DNA of 64,000 bases from Tubiluchus corallicola (taxonomy: Eukaryota > Animalia > Priapulida). How positions within the stretch are numbered: position 1 is the stretch's first letter; each line of letters opens with the position of its first letter. The notes beneath the pieces were generated by a model. That model was not told the origin of the DNA and did no database searches. It saw nothing but the letters and a program-made list of their open reading frames with translations. The position numbers were made by a program, and so were the translations under genes. Location: the NCBI GenBank assembly GCA_030141605.1, contig JAQGDQ010000041.1, positions 1 through 64,000 of the forward strand, written 5' to 3'. Below are positions 24,442-39,000 of the stretch, in pieces.

Positions 24442-27400
24442 TCAAGCTTCCATGGACCCAGCTGATGACAAGTCATTTCCACTTGACGTTTTCTTCCTCT
24501 CATTGCTCGTATTTTCATTTGTAGTTTCTAAATCTTGAGAAAGGAGTTTCAGCGGTCGAAACGCCGGATTCACCGGTCGCTGAAATTCCGGGACGTGCAC
24601 CGGATGTATCCGTGCTGCCCTTTCTTTCTCGCGGAGTTGCGTAACACGTTGTAACTTGACGTAGAGACAAATGGCAATGGTAATGGCAAGTAGGAGAATG
24701 CCCATGATGGAAACGAGAACAGCAATGAAGGCTTCTTTAGGAACACAACTTTCTGGTGTGTAAGTCACAAATTGGCCTTGAGCATTTCCCGATGGTTGAA
24801 CTAAAGAAAAATGGACATATTAGTAGCTACCATCAGTCAGCTTAAAATAATAAGCTTATTAAGTCTGAAATAAGTCTGCTTAAGGCCATTAGACACAACT
24901 AGTCAATTTACCGAAAAAAATCATTAAGTTTCCTTAAGCACAAACACTAATAACGATGCCTCGCTTTTGTTGTGTTCAAAGTTGTCCGTTTAACCTGTTA
25001 CAAGCATACTGTAACAAAAAATTAAAACTGGAACAAAAAATTGATGAATTTTCTAACAAAGCACCAGCAAAAACTTAATAAATTTTCTTACAGTCCCTGT
25101 ACAGCTTGTCTTCAAAGGGTCCAGGAAGTTCAACTTTAAACTTCTGAAAGATCTTCACTTCCTCTATTTCACCTTTTTTCTCTTCGCTAGGTGGCGCTTC
25201 CCTCTTTTTCCTCCCTTGGTTTTTGTTGCTACATTGGGGCTGAAATAAAGCAAATACTCAATGGACGTGAAAAATTCGTACTTTCCTGTACTGACGAAAA
25301 TACAGCCTTCTCGGTTTTTACATAAAACTTATTATATTGTCATGTAAAAATCGCTGAAATTTAATGTTGGGCTATTAAAAACTATATATGGAAACACACA
25401 AGATGTCTATAGTGAAGCTTTTTAATTACCACGAAATTTTTCATTACCGTTTATTAAAATTGCGTTGAACTGAACAACATCAAGTAAAAAATTAAGAAAG
25501 GTATCTTAATGCCATTTTCCACTCTTGTTTGTGTTTCCCTAAATATTAGTATACACAAACAATTGTCATGCAGAGGTAATATCCCAGTATTATATCACAA
25601 ATTTTAGCGCTGGAAATCAACTTTTTCAAAATGAATTTGTTTGTGGTTTCCATAACATTATGTTTGCAAAAAAATAAATGCCTTAATTGACGCGGAACCA
25701 GATTAAATTGGGGGGTGGGGGGGGGGGAGATCTGCTAGTTAAGGTCAAAATTTAATCAGATCAAACAAATGCACCGTCAGTGTACACGGTAAGCTAGACG
25801 CCAAGTTAATTAAATGTTCAACGGAATCGTAAAAAATATAAGCAAAGGACTCACTCTATAACATCGATCATAACAGACCAGGCACTGACACTGAATGTAG
25901 ACATCATCAACATCAGGAAACTTGAAGACTTTAAAGTGAGAATACATGTGTGTTTCGCCAGGTCTAGTGCTTCTATCGTACACCGCCGGCTTTACGAATT
26001 TTGTACTTGCCGGACAACCATCCTCGTCTATTAGTCGGATCCGCGATTGTCCTAGACCGTCATGCCCGTAGCATTTACTTACGAAGATGTCAAATACTTC
26101 TAAAATTTGAAGAGAGTTGTGTTAGCATGAATTCCATGTGGGTTTCTTTTGGATTCCAAGAAGACTAATTAAAACAGTCATTGGCAATTAACGCAAATAT
26201 TTTCTGTGTAGCTCAAGCGATGTGTCTTTTATTAACCAAATGCCAAGCGTAAACAGTGTAACCCCTGTATGTAATGAAGCGTGGCATCTTCTATCGGTCC
26301 TTTTATATTTAATCAAAATTCGTACTGCGTGAACTATGCACATTTAGCTACTCGTGAGAAAGCATCGGCCCTATAATATAAAACGCCTCTGCAAAGCCGC
26401 TAATTCCATGTGATGAAACTACAGGAAGGGCACGAAGGCACGTGATTATTCATGGTAGTCACTTAAGTACACCTCACTCTTAAATGTTACACACTCAGCT
26501 TGTAAAGTTGCATTATATAAGTGAAATATGAAAGCCTAGTACCAACCTTGGTAGTTTTTAACACTGACTACCATGGTTCCAGTCTCTCCCAACTGCAGTA
26601 CCCTAGCGTCACCACCGAATGGATCTACTCCAGGAACAATCCGAAGCCAACAGTTTGGAATCTCTATTTGTCCAGCAGCTACGTGGGTATTAGTCTCCAT
26701 CACACTAAAATATGCATTAAGTTTCACGATAATATATAAGGTACGCTTTGACCACGTGGAAACCTTATTTAGGCATTAATATTAGTTGATATTATTTTGT
26801 TATCGTTTGACATTAAATTTTCTCAGCAAAAAAGGCATTATGAGAGCACTAAAGCTCTGTAGCAGCACCTTTTTTCTATTTTTATTTATTGTATCTATTT
26901 TTCTGAATCAAGTTGCATAAAGTCACCTTTTCTAGAGAGCTAAAGTTAACTTAATAACGTTTATAACTATTATACACTTACGGCACGTTCATATTGTAGT
27001 CCACCGTCTTGGCTTGAGACCCAGTCCATAAGCAAGACACTGTGAAAGCTCTATCGTTCATGTCTAAGATTCCCCATGCAGCTTCATTCATCACTACCAA
27101 AGTGTTGTTGTAAAACACGTGTCCTTGAAAATTTGAGCCCTGAAAATAAAATGGCGTGTATAAAGTAAGACAAAATCTGAGCTAAATTTGTCTTTTATGG
27201 CAAGAGCAGCCAGGTGTATTAATAACAAAGAAAATACAAACAATAGGATGGAAACGACTTATTCAGTGACTTCAGTCAGTGAAATCTGCATGTATTCTTG
27301 GGCAGAAAATTGGGCTAGAAAATTTGTCTCAATTTTTTTTCCGTCAGGTAAATGGGGGATTATATTGCAACGTGTATACCAGAGTCACATCACGGATAAA

Positions 27401-30400
27401 CGAGTGTTATAGCTCATTTATTAGAACTTATTTAGACATTGCATAGACGTCTAATAATTTAGTAAAGTCTGTGACTGAGGGATAGTAGGCCTGAAAATGT
27501 CCTGCCGTCGAATGCTTACAGTCCCTTGTGAAGCGGTTAGCAAGGTGAAACACGTGTAGGAAGATCATAAAGAACTTTAAGTTTTAAATTTTGAGGAGGA
27601 GCAAAGTTTAACGTTAAGTCTTTGCAGCAAAACATTTAATTATTTAGGCTGTCAGTCTAATAATCTAACGATTATTTCTTCTGCGTTGTGTCATTTCTGA
27701 TAATAAACATAAAATCCTATCCTGTGTGTTCAGAAGAAATTGTGCAGTAGAGATATGCTGACCAGATCACAATGAAATGTGGCTGAGTTTCAATTTCGTA
27801 AAAAATTATATTATCGTTCTACTGCTAAAAACAGTATGTCAGTCAAGCAGGATGTTTCGAATAACACTTGCTAGTTTGTCCAAAATCAACATGGATTTCT
27901 GCATTATGATATCATAACGACGTAAAAATAATATTGTTATTTGCATAATTCCAATGTTCTTATCACGTAAACTTGGTTTTTGTAAATTCCAGTATAACCA
28001 TATTAGTACATTTCTACTGCACTGTCTCCTGAAACAACTGTATATATGTAAAATCATACTGAATAATATTTTTTTACTTCTACACTGGCTTGAAGATAAA
28101 GAAATCTTTCTGCGTTTCTGCGCTCACTAATAGCTTTATCCAATTCTACATTCTCTTAAGTATGAAAATATATTAATTTGTCTGCAGGAAGAATAAAATT
28201 ACGACTTGAGTTGTAAAATTACGAGTTGATTCAATTAACAAGTTATTTCATGCAGTTTAGCTGGAAGATGAGTACGTACTGATACCGTTTTCATGACCTC
28301 TGTCCCGCATAAATCTAAAGGAATGACGATGGTATGATGTCTGCCACCATGAGCTTGAACTTTACATTTGTCACTCTTATAATATCCTTTCGGGTATAGC
28401 GCTCCGTTAAAATCTCCTTCAAATTCAACATCAATCAACATTACGTTCTGTTCCATGTCGCATGACACGCGCACATCTGAATATGATAAAACTTCGTTAG
28501 TAATGTTTCGTTGGTAAAGCTGAAAAAATGCTAAAAGTTTAGTAAATAAAGTGTTTGATTTCGAGAAAAAGGAAAACAAAGAAGAATAGAAAGAGAGGAA
28601 AATGAAAAAATGTGAAAACAACTAAGTAATAAAAGGGTGGAGAAAGAGTAGAAGAAAAACGAGAAAGAACAATTTATCGTTTCCATGAACAACCCTTTGA
28701 AGTTAAAAAATAGTAATGAACATATAAGTACATCATAACGTCAGAATGCAGCGAACTGTCAAGCTATAATCGCTGAACTGTTGTCACACTGGGTCACTTA
28801 AACTCAAAGCAATTGACCTGGTGTAAGTCCAGAATGTTATGAGACTTTTCACGCTCAAATTAAATGAAAGGTTTATTCTACAACAAATTGCAGAAAGAGG
28901 GGGGGAGATGCTTTTTAATATTTTAATAAGTTAGAAACAAGACACAGTTTTATTATTAAGCAGAAAACAAACCGATGACGTCAGTAGTAGTTTCATCATC
29001 CCAGATGGGATCACGTTGCTTGTGATGATCGAATCCTTTTACATCGTATCGCTGAAATCCAGTAAAATCATCTGGAAGTGGTGCTGCAGTTGGGTAAAAG
29101 TCTAATGGATTATACTGGCCTTCTTTACTTGATTCAATTTTAACTGGTGCACTCGGGTTGCTACGAGAGACACCTACAGGACGAAAGTGAAAATTGCCAT
29201 CTTGCTGTCTTTGATTGCCGTCGATCAATACCTCTGCAGAGCCATCTATACGAGCTTCAGCTGGATCTCTATAACCACTATCTTTCGGTCTCTTGCTTTC
29301 TCTTAAATCAAACCGAAATGGAAGGCCTTCACTTTGAGAAGGGTTATCCTCCCTTTCAGCAGTGTATGGATTTAGTTGAGAAGTCTGCCAAGGAACTCGC
29401 TGCGAGGAATCACCAGAGTGACTAGTGTCACCCAATCCTAAATTTAACTGTTGAGGTGGTCGTGGAGGTGGCTGCTGAGTCTCTTGTGCATAGGGATCAG
29501 TAGTCGTTTCTTGAACTTCGTACTGCTGGTATGGATTGAAGTAATTATCTTGAGAATAACGTTGTTCTTGAAACCTTTCAACGGTTGATTTTTCCGTTGG
29601 TTGCTCTTCCGGAATAAACCACGGATTGTATTCGATTCCCGGAACTGGGCTAACTGGGCTTCCATTGTATTTGACTTCGTAAGTGTCTCTTTCTTTTTGT
29701 ACAGGTGCCGGCACATTTTCAAATCTGACAAACCCATTTTGGGGCTGTTGGCTATCGACTGACTCCTGCACATATGGATTGTACCCAGTTGTCAAAGTTA
29801 ACATTGGCAACTCACCAGATCTGTCATTATTCTCATCACTATAGACAACTGCACGTCCTTGACCTCTAGGATCTTGGTATTGATGGTGCACTACTTTTCC
29901 ATTTGGATTGATGACAAATCCTCTTTGGTCTGTGTCGACGTGCACAGATCCTCTGATTCCTTCATATTCAAACTCCGACTGGGGTATATATGATTGCTGA
30001 TAATTAACTGAATAGTCTTGAATATTGCTCTGTAGTTCAGGAGGTTCAACAACCACACTACCTCTATACCCCTGTCCAGCATCTTGAATTTCTGCCACGT
30101 CTTTGTTTATCAACATATTTTTGTCATTGTTTACTGCTGGGTCATTCTGAATGTCTACTGGTGGCAAATTTGCTCTTCCCATATTATCACTGCCATCACC
30201 TAGGACATTTTCGGCTACATATGTCTGTTCGTCAGAACTTTCGTGGTAGATGAAGGGTGGAACTCCGGGGTTTCCACTTGGTATTTGTATCTGCCCAATG
30301 GATTCACCATTTGCTGTTCGAGCGTATACGTCAGGCGTATTAATTATTTCTGATATTAGCTCAGGTGAATTTGAAATTATCCCTTCATTGGACACAACCA

Positions 30401-32602
30401 TAGTAACCTAGAAAAATTAAAAGTTTGTGGTGTGACCGTTTCGGGATTATGGAATAAACGTGACAAGGTAATAAATAACTAAATCGGGAAACGCTAATTG
30501 GAGCCCAGGCTCATAATTCTGACTTTCTAGGAACTTGCCTACAAGAATTAAAAGACTTAAAAAGACTTCCATGTTACCAATTTTTTAATTTTCTGGATTA
30601 ACTCGGAAATAGTGCTGACAAGCCACTGGTATAGCAGCGTCTAGTTTTTTGCTGGATTATTACTGTGTTTACCTGTCTAAAGAGCAGATTTCTTTTAATG
30701 CAGAATTCTGCCTGCACCAAACGTGATAGACATATGATGACGATGATTAAGCAACTAGATATATGTACTTGATTTAAAAAGGCTATTTTCTTTTGAAATT
30801 TTTAATTGTAACAGTCAATCTGTAAAACATTTATAGTAATGACGATGCTGATTATGATGACGATGAAATGAAAATCATGACGATGACAATGATTATGATA
30901 ATCAAACGTGGAAGGCACTAAATTTAGACACGTTTGAAACGAAGTGAAAAGAGGTTAAATTCACTCCTATATGGAACATAAGTTAGCTGGACACTAAAAC
31001 CAATCTCAATTAAAAGCAATGATATGCTGATTAATTTTTCATAAAGGTGCGTAGCACATCTTATTTACTTATCAGGAAATATTGAGATTTGGTGGATCTA
31101 GCTAGCAGTGGTACCATTAGGTCAATTCCTAGTAAGCAGATGCTCTGCCATCCGTGTTTAACTCATTTGGCAGACAGTAAATAGACAAAATTTCTTGCGT
31201 TGGTACTTGTGCCTTTGATTTCTATTATTATAATCACGTCAGTGCATAGAACAAGATTATAATCTGCAAGAAAGCGTGCTACTGTGCTAGTTACGGAACT
31301 TACTGCATACACGGCATAATCAGGAACTAAAAGTTTTGCAAAGCATTCGTTAGGATAAATGTTTTGACAAATGTGTAAAAAACTAGCTTAATTTGAGTAA
31401 ATCCTTCACATGTGGTTCATATTCAATCCAAACTTTCTGCAAATTTTGGAATTGCCTTAGAAATCGCATGCCATTATAGAACTATTTGCAAGTACAATTG
31501 ATTTATCAAACGATAATTTTATCGTTCTTAATTACTAGTGGAGTTTCCAATAAATTAACTTATTAATCGTTAATTTGGCAACTAGCTATAAGTCATTCTG
31601 TAGATGTTCTAATTAATAAAGTGAGACACACAAATGAAAGGTATCCAGTTAAGAAATATCGAAATAGCATTTAAGGCATAATCCCACTCAAATGTTTGAT
31701 TTGGTTAATATTTGTAAAATTTCGTTCGTCGGTTGCAAACTCTGTTTTAGTAACGTTATTTCAGACCATTGCCGAAAAATAATACTATTACGAAAAACAG
31801 TTAGAACCTGGCGTTGAAGTCTGAATTAACTGCCTAATTTAACTTTGCATTAAACTTAAAGCAGACTTGAAGATGTACTCTGAAATTATTTAACATACTT
31901 TGAAAATGGAAAGTTTTGAAAGTTTTCGTGGTTAACTTTTGCAAAATACAAAGTCTACTGGACAAAGCCTCTCTCGCGTGGTCGTAACCTATTGACCCCT
32001 AAAACCAAATTCCACAAACATCCTTTATCGGCGTATTGAAGTAACTCTCTTGTTAACACGCGCGCACGATTACAACCACGTAATTGTTAACAAGATAATT
32101 ACGACGTACCTAAACTTGTTAACCTGCAATCATCGCTAACACATTAACAATTGATTTGTGTCTTTAATGGCCTCATAAATGTTGCCACGGTCGCTTTTGA
32201 AATAGATATTACCGTAACTATTGTATACTAACTATTTTGAAATAGGTATAACCGTAGATATTATTGTAACTTTATAAGGGCTTGTTTTTGAAACGTAAAG
32301 GGGTCTGTTACAATACAGTTCATTAAAGTTCTATAACGGAATAATTACAGGCAATTATTTAGTTTATTGCGTAATGCATACAAAGTTACAAATTACAAAC
32401 TGAAAAGTTTCGCAAACTTTTGCTCATGGACAATATTAAATAATAATTATGTACCGTAGCAGGAATGGTTATTTAGCAACTTGTAGCTAAAATTATTATT
32501 AATCAGTTTATTAATTAAGCTAAAATTATTAATAAGAAGAAAACATATTCCACATACCGTTTGTAATGCTGTGACAACGAAGATGAAATATTGCAAGGCC
32601 AT
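24442..32602 (-). CDS. Cuticlin-like zona pellucida (ZP) domain transmembrane protein, ~912 aa, 8 coding exons
   Basis: Exons: 32602-32558 (signal MALQYFIFVVTALQT), 30407-28973 (low-complexity region), 28476-28286 (DVRVSCD..VEFEGDFNGALYPKGYYKSDKC; TACTAAC branch point), 27139-26982, 26704-26547, 26099-25855 (LIDEDGCP, FKVFKFPD, IQCQCLVCYDRC), 25239-25092 (furin site RKKR), 24800-24442 (TM AFIAVLVSIMGILLLAITIAICLYV + tail). All junctions are GT-AG with consistent phases; the total of 2739 nt is in frame. Confidence 0.93.
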
Positions 32603-33034
32603 GACTGTATCCTGCAGATAAAAATGTTTAAGACTATTTATTATTTACTCAAATATTAATCTGACTTTTATATAATATTAGCTGATCTGCACAAAGTGTA
32701 AAATCTGTACATCTGTGACAACTTAATTAGCACAAACAATTTTACTGTTGCAAAATTAAACATATAATTGCTATATTTTTTGTAGCAGGAACTTATTGAA
32801 AAAGTTTTCCTTATTGGGCGGGCACCCAAGTAATTCAAGTACTACAAAGTAAATAAATAAATAAAAGCAATGTTATCTGACGGCATTTGATCTACATGCT
32901 AAGTTTCCTCACGTTGAACAAAAGTCTTCAACTTGTCATGCAAAAAGAAATGTTGCAACTTTCGAATAAAGAAAACTTTTGTAAGCCTTTAGAACTAAAT
33001 TCTAAACTCAAATATAATTTTGGAAGTAGCTTAC

Positions 33035-33210
33035 CTTTTCGTAGACGATAAATTTATCAACTCACACGAAAAATTTGAATAATTTTCGGAAAACAACGAG
33101 TACTAAAATCACTCAATTTCACTAAACCAGACCAGCCACTTCTACGACAAATCCACAATTAAATCCATGGGCTAGCCATTAATTTTGTTATCAACTACTA
33201 TTATATAATA
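33035..33210 (-). promoter_or_regulatory. Candidate TATA box and non-coding first exon of the ZP gene
   Basis: TTATATATAA at 33201-33210. A strong donor AAG|GTAAGC lies at 33035/33034 and an acceptor CTGCAG|G lies 9 nt upstream of the ATG at 32602. Confidence 0.45.
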
Positions 33211-33749
33211 ACGCTATTACTGACGTTTAATCAGTCCAAATCACTTTAGCCTTGCACCACGTGCCTACTATGACAAATATTACCAGGTCGGTTATATAAA
33301 AGTTGTGGCTTTGCGTCTGTTGTGACACACTTTCTGGTAACACTGCGTGTAAGGTGTCTGGGCTCTCAGTCGAACAGCTATAAACATTGTTCCTCTGACC
33401 TACAACTGCACACCTGTGTGAGTATGTTATAATAATAGACATGTGGAATTTAATGAGAAAAATTGCTTCCATTGTACAATGGCAACTATGCGGCATGATC
33501 AAAATCTATGCACAGAATTCGCTATTGCTCTTAGGCAGCAGCTTCCTAGTGTTGTGTTATTGTTAGGTTGCTTCAAAATAGCGCAAGGTCAATGCTTCTA
33601 GTACTTGATATATTCTTTATGACGGGAAGGTAAATCTTCCAGCACTTGATATGCTGTTTATACTTTCCACCGATTCATTAATTAATTGGCTGTCCATGGT
33701 AGTCAGTTAGTCAGTTAATATCCATCAGGATGACAATATAAAAAGATGT

Positions 33750-33842
33750 CATTAGTTTGTTAGTTAGTCGGTCAGGTAGTTAGTTAGTTAGTCGGTCAGG
33801 TAGTTAGTTAGTTAGTCTGTCAGGTAGTTAGTTAGTCAGTCA

Positions 33843-33885
<43 letters not shown>

Positions 33886-33982
33886 AGTCAGTCAGTCAGT
33901 CAGTCAGTCAGTCAGTCAGTCAGTCAGTCAGTCAGTCAGTCAGTCAGTCAGTCGGTCAGGTAGTTAGTTAGTTAGTCAGTCA

Positions 33983-34025
<43 letters not shown>

Positions 34026-34150
34026 AGTCAGTCAGTCAGTCAGTCAGTCAGTCAGTCAGTCAGTCAGTCAGTCAGTCAGTCAGTCAGTTAGTCAGTCAGT
34101 CAGTCAGTCAGTCAGTCAGTCAGTCAGTCAGTCAGTCAGTCAGTCAGTCA
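33750..34150. repeat. (GTCA)n/(GTTA)n tetranucleotide satellite, ~400 bp
   Basis: Directly visible. A related (GTCA/GTCG)n block lies at 34437-34600. Confidence 0.95.
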
Positions 34151-35793
34151 GGAAGCTGTTTAACTTTTCATATGATACGAGCGCAAGATATATTTCTACT
34201 AGACTTATTTATTTTGATGTTATTCACAGAAAATGTGCATACAGTTTCTACGTCAGGCTGAAACAGTCATGCAAACTTTACTTCTGTAATTAGATGTCAT
34301 TGGCGTAGTTTGTTATATCGTTAATTGTTATTTGTGTTATCGTTGTGTTTCATGATTTATTGTATTATTTGTATTAATTTGTGATGTGTTTATGAACTTT
34401 GTGAAGTTTGAAATAAAATATTAAATGTAAAATCTAATCAGTCAGTCGGTCGGTCGGTCGGTCGGTCAGTTAGTCAGTTAGTCAGTCAGTCAGTCGGTCG
34501 GTCGGTCGGTCGGTCGGTCAGTCAGTCAGTCAGTCAGTCAGTTAGTTAGTCGGTCAGGTAGTTAGTTAGTTAGTCGATCAGGTAGCTAGTTGGTCAGTTT
34601 GCTTGGTTTGTTTGTTTATTTTTGTTTGCGTGTACATATGTTGATCGGTTGGTTGATCAGTTGGTTGTTTAGTTGGTTGGTTAGTTAGTAGCCACTGGTT
34701 TCTGTCCGTCTTTCCGGCATCCCGTCTGCCAGTCTCTTAAATGCAAAGTCTTACTTAATTAAGTACAGGTAAACAGGAACTGCAAGTAAAGACGCATTTT
34801 CTGACCCAGTTAAGTTATAATCACTTTCAATTGCCTTTCACGGATGTAAAATCAATTAACATGCAGGTGAATGACCTGTTAATTAACTTCATATTTACAT
34901 GAGAATAACCTGACTTGAAAAATAAAAATAATTGTAATTGCGTGTTTATTGTTGGCACAATCCAAGTGGGTAACTAAACAAACTCAGAAGCGTTGTGAGT
35001 TTCCTTGTATTTCCTTGTATTGCTTTCGTTTTTCTATGTTTTTTTTGTACGTTTTTCGTTAAATGTTGTCTTTAAACTTCTTAGACATGCATTGGATCAT
35101 TATGGAAATATTGTGTATGCGATTTAACGCGCCGCATGTGAAAATAAAAGCGCTCCACAAATAGAATTTTATTCTACAAATTCTATACCTCTTCTATTAA
35201 GTTGTTAATTAAAGATACAATGAGTTCAAAAATATTAAATTCTTAAATTTTAATGAACCGTTCGATGAACTTAAGCCGGGTCTGTTTCATAAAGGGCTGG
35301 TCAGAAAGACTCCAAGAGGCTGGAGTGGACATCTAAGTGTCCATAGTCCAAATCCGGGTACGGTCTCGATATTTTCACATTAAACTTTCTTTGCTTGCGT
35401 CTGAATTTTTTTTCAAAAATTTAACAAAGTGGTGAAATGCCATATGCCCCTAGTTCATATTCTACGTTGTCTAACACGTATTGGAAACGTTATTTTGAAG
35501 ACGTTAAAGTCCAAACGAGCGAGATTCCAGGTTTTACTTTCCCAATAAGCCAGATAAACTGGGTCAAGCATATCAGCCATTATAATCCGTTAATCCATTT
35601 GGCATGATTTTTTTTTATAGACTCTTATTCCTGTGTACCATAACTAGACGATTTTGCCTGCGATGTAGAAGGATCCATCACAATATGATCCCATTTGAGA
35701 CGATAAGACGTCTTACTGATGACATAGGTTAGTTTTCTGTTTATAATAATGATTTTAACAAAATTATCCAAAGTAATTTTTTGTCTTTTTTCG

Positions 35794-35794
<1 letters not shown>

Positions 35795-35848
<54 letters not shown>

Positions 35849-35850
35849 CT
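35795..35850. repeat. (TC)n microsatellite
   Basis: Directly visible. Confidence 0.9.
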
Positions 35851-36032
35851 TTCTCGCTTTCTTTCACCTCAACAAATAACAACAAAAGTATAAAAATATT
35901 AATCCATTATATAAACAAACTATTTATTGACGCATGCGTATAAGTGTCTTAATATTATCTATGGATGTACAATAAACCTGTACTATCATACGGAAAAGAG
36001 CAAACAGCGGGCACATTTAATTACAGTAAGCA

Positions 36033-39000
36033 TTATGTACATATCTCATGAGTTACAATATCAGCTACAGCTTGATTTACTGATCCTACTTGTACGTAAT
36101 ATTCTCCTTGGCTATTGTAAAACGGTCCCTGTAAAACAGAAAAATTCTTTCAGCTTCAATTTTGAATAAAATGAACTTAGAAAAATCTAAAAATAACTCG
36201 ATTATTTTGTTGCTTTACATTGCAAATAACCTGTGAAGCAATTTTCAATATTTTTTCGCCTACACATATATATTTTCTTTTTATACTTTATCGGTCCACC
36301 GAACATTTCACATTAAATACACAACTAATTTGAATCATCTTATGTGAACTTTGATAAAATGCATGCCAGGACAATCACTCGGATAAAGTAAGAAAAACTA
36401 TTGCAATATGTGTTAGTGATATGCCCTATTGCTACTAGCACTTTTAGTGACATAAAACTGATATGAATTTTATATCATAGTGGCAAGAATAAAACTTTGT
36501 GTAAAGATAATTATGTCTAGACTTACCTTGAAGCTATGATAATGACATTGGCCAGGTCCCAATCGGTAATCTCTAAATCTTGACATGGTTGGGTGAAAAG
36601 CATCTACATAATTTATTCCATAATTTTCTTCGGTATAAGTTATTAGCTCTTTCGTTTTGTTTAACATGTTGAGTGCTTGTCTCTAAAATATAAACGACAT
36701 TCGTCAGCGTATGAAGATGGATTATGACTATTCAATTTTTTCTATTCACAAGAATGAGTGTGCAGTGCTTCAAGAAACATTATATTTACTTCTGAGGGAG
36801 GAACCGCAATTTAACTATCCAGGGTCAAACATATATCAACTATGTGTGTGTGTGTGTGCATGCGTGTGTGTATATAACGCTATAGATAGAGTTTTATACA
36901 TTTATATATAAAAGCGTTATATATATATATATATATCATATTGTTTGCAAATTAAATTTCTCTATTATTTTTTGCCCAGGTGTTTTCTGAAGGTGGTTAA
37001 AGAATGAGGGGCCGAATTGTAAGATTTAAACCATGTCCACGTGTTTCATGTGGGCATTTGTCCTCCCTGGACAATATATTTAGTATGTTTATGTGTTTAT
37101 ACTTTAAGAACCAGTGGACTCCGTGTAATTTAACATATGCCATTTCTCCTAACAGGGCGTTTTTATATAAAATTAATTTTGATTAATGCCGCACAAAATA
37201 TTTTACACTAGAATATTAGACAGGTACCATGTTTATTCCAAGTGTATCTGGAGATGCAGAACCTTTTCCGTATAAGTATCCTCCCACGACTCCCTTGATA
37301 ATCAACTTAACATCACTCAAATTTTCCCTGTAAAACGTTGTAGCATGATTAGTTTGGAAGACAATTTTTCGCTTCTGTCTTAAACAATTCACTTTTATAC
37401 CAATTCAGAGAAGGCGAATAATTGAACAAAAAACTAAAATGAACGAGAGAATCAGTTACTAAAACAACTAAAACAAGGGGCGAATGAATGTACCAACGTA
37501 CAAATTATCAATATTAATAAATTTTACTTAAGAATGAATATGATTATAGCTGCATTATTGGTTTTCAAAGGCCGATACTAGACTATTAATTGTAGTAGTA
37601 TTAGTGGAAATGGCTGTGGTAGTGGTAGCGGCAGTGTCTGTGGCAGTGGCACTAACAGTGACAGTAGCAGCGGTGGTGGTAGTAGTAGTGGAGTTGTAAC
37701 AGTAGTGCTAGTGATTGAAATAGTGTTTTTGGTAACAGCAGTGCCAGTGTAGAGTGTATAATGTCAGCGATAGTGGCACTGATTGGTAATTGTAATGGTA
37801 GTGGTTGTAAGTAGTGGTAGTAAGTAATGGTGGCGGTAGTGTTAATGGTAGTGGTAGTGGTAGTAGGTAGTTGTCGTGATAGCGGTAGTGGTAGTGATAG
37901 TGAGTAGAAGTAGTAGTAGTGGTAGAAGCCGTGGTGCATTTAAATATGGACATTTCACCTGTCTAATAAACTTCGCAGCAATTCAACATTCGGGACGTCT
38001 GTCCAATAAGAACCTCCAAATATCATAATGGTTTGTTTTACCGATGTCGGTTTTACCCTAAGTAAAATAATAAAATAACAATATACAAAATAGCGATACA
38101 TAATAAAGTTAATTAGGCATATCTAATGTTAAATTTCCGATTTTGTTAAATTTATAATTGCCTTTTGTAAACATCAGATTTAGATAATCGGAAATGTTGT
38201 TCTCTTCTGGGACTTGAACTCATATTTTTGCAAAGCAGGGAACTAAAAACTGACGCAAAACTAATAGCTGAAAACATTTCTATTGAAAAATTAGAAAAAA
38301 AAATTAAATTTAACTGCTACAACAGGCCTACCTGTTAATCAATCTGTAAAATGCGTTGTTGATGCTAAAATGTTTCACTCTTTCTCTTTTGTCTGATAGT
38401 AGCCGCGTATATTCGAAGTAAAAGCTTGCGTTATTTTCCTTGCTATAATATGTAAAATTCTGGAATTTCACACTTTGATTATAAAAAGCTACTCCATGGT
38501 TGTGGTTTTGCAGGATGTCATGGAAAACACTGCGCAATGTGGAGTCACCAAGAAATAGAAGCTGAAATTAGATAACATGACAATAAGTTTTCAAAACTAG
38601 CATAACCCAATAATTATAAGTAACCGTCTGAAAACTATGTAGTGTGAAACTGTTTAAATCATAATATGAATATATCAAACGTATTCTTTACTTATGCATT
38701 GTTGTAAAATTATTTGTCTCTTAATTTGCCTTATTTAATCAGAAAGTCCAATTTATCGAATATGCTTATATTCATTATAAGAGAATGAAATGAAATTCCC
38801 TTAGAAAACCCTTAGAAAAACGAGAGGGAGTGTGCTATTAGCGATATAACGTAAACACGCTAAAGCATAATCATTTCTTATGTTTTTCCTGACAATAATC
38901 ATATTTTATATCTTTTGCGTTTTTGTGCTAAGAGTATTCGTCACTTACGCTCTGTTAATTACCGTTTTTCCTTTAAAACAACTTCGGAGTTTTTCCGTAG

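Noticed and set aside
28477-28621. Longer ZP exon starting at the ttcag acceptor at 28521-28520, as the ORF track suggests
   Set aside because: It is phase 0 and incompatible with the phase-1 donor at 28973. The acceptor at 28478-28477 has a TACTAAC branch point and restores the frame.
20985-30082. Overlapping or antisense ORFs (20985-21206, 26521-26779, 29147-29425, 29444-29773, 29891-30082)
   Set aside because: They are shadow frames of real exons with no independent coding signal.
33750-34600. Interstitial telomeric repeat
   Set aside because: The units are 4-mers (GTCA, GTTA, GTCG), not TTAGG, TTAGGG or TTAGGC.
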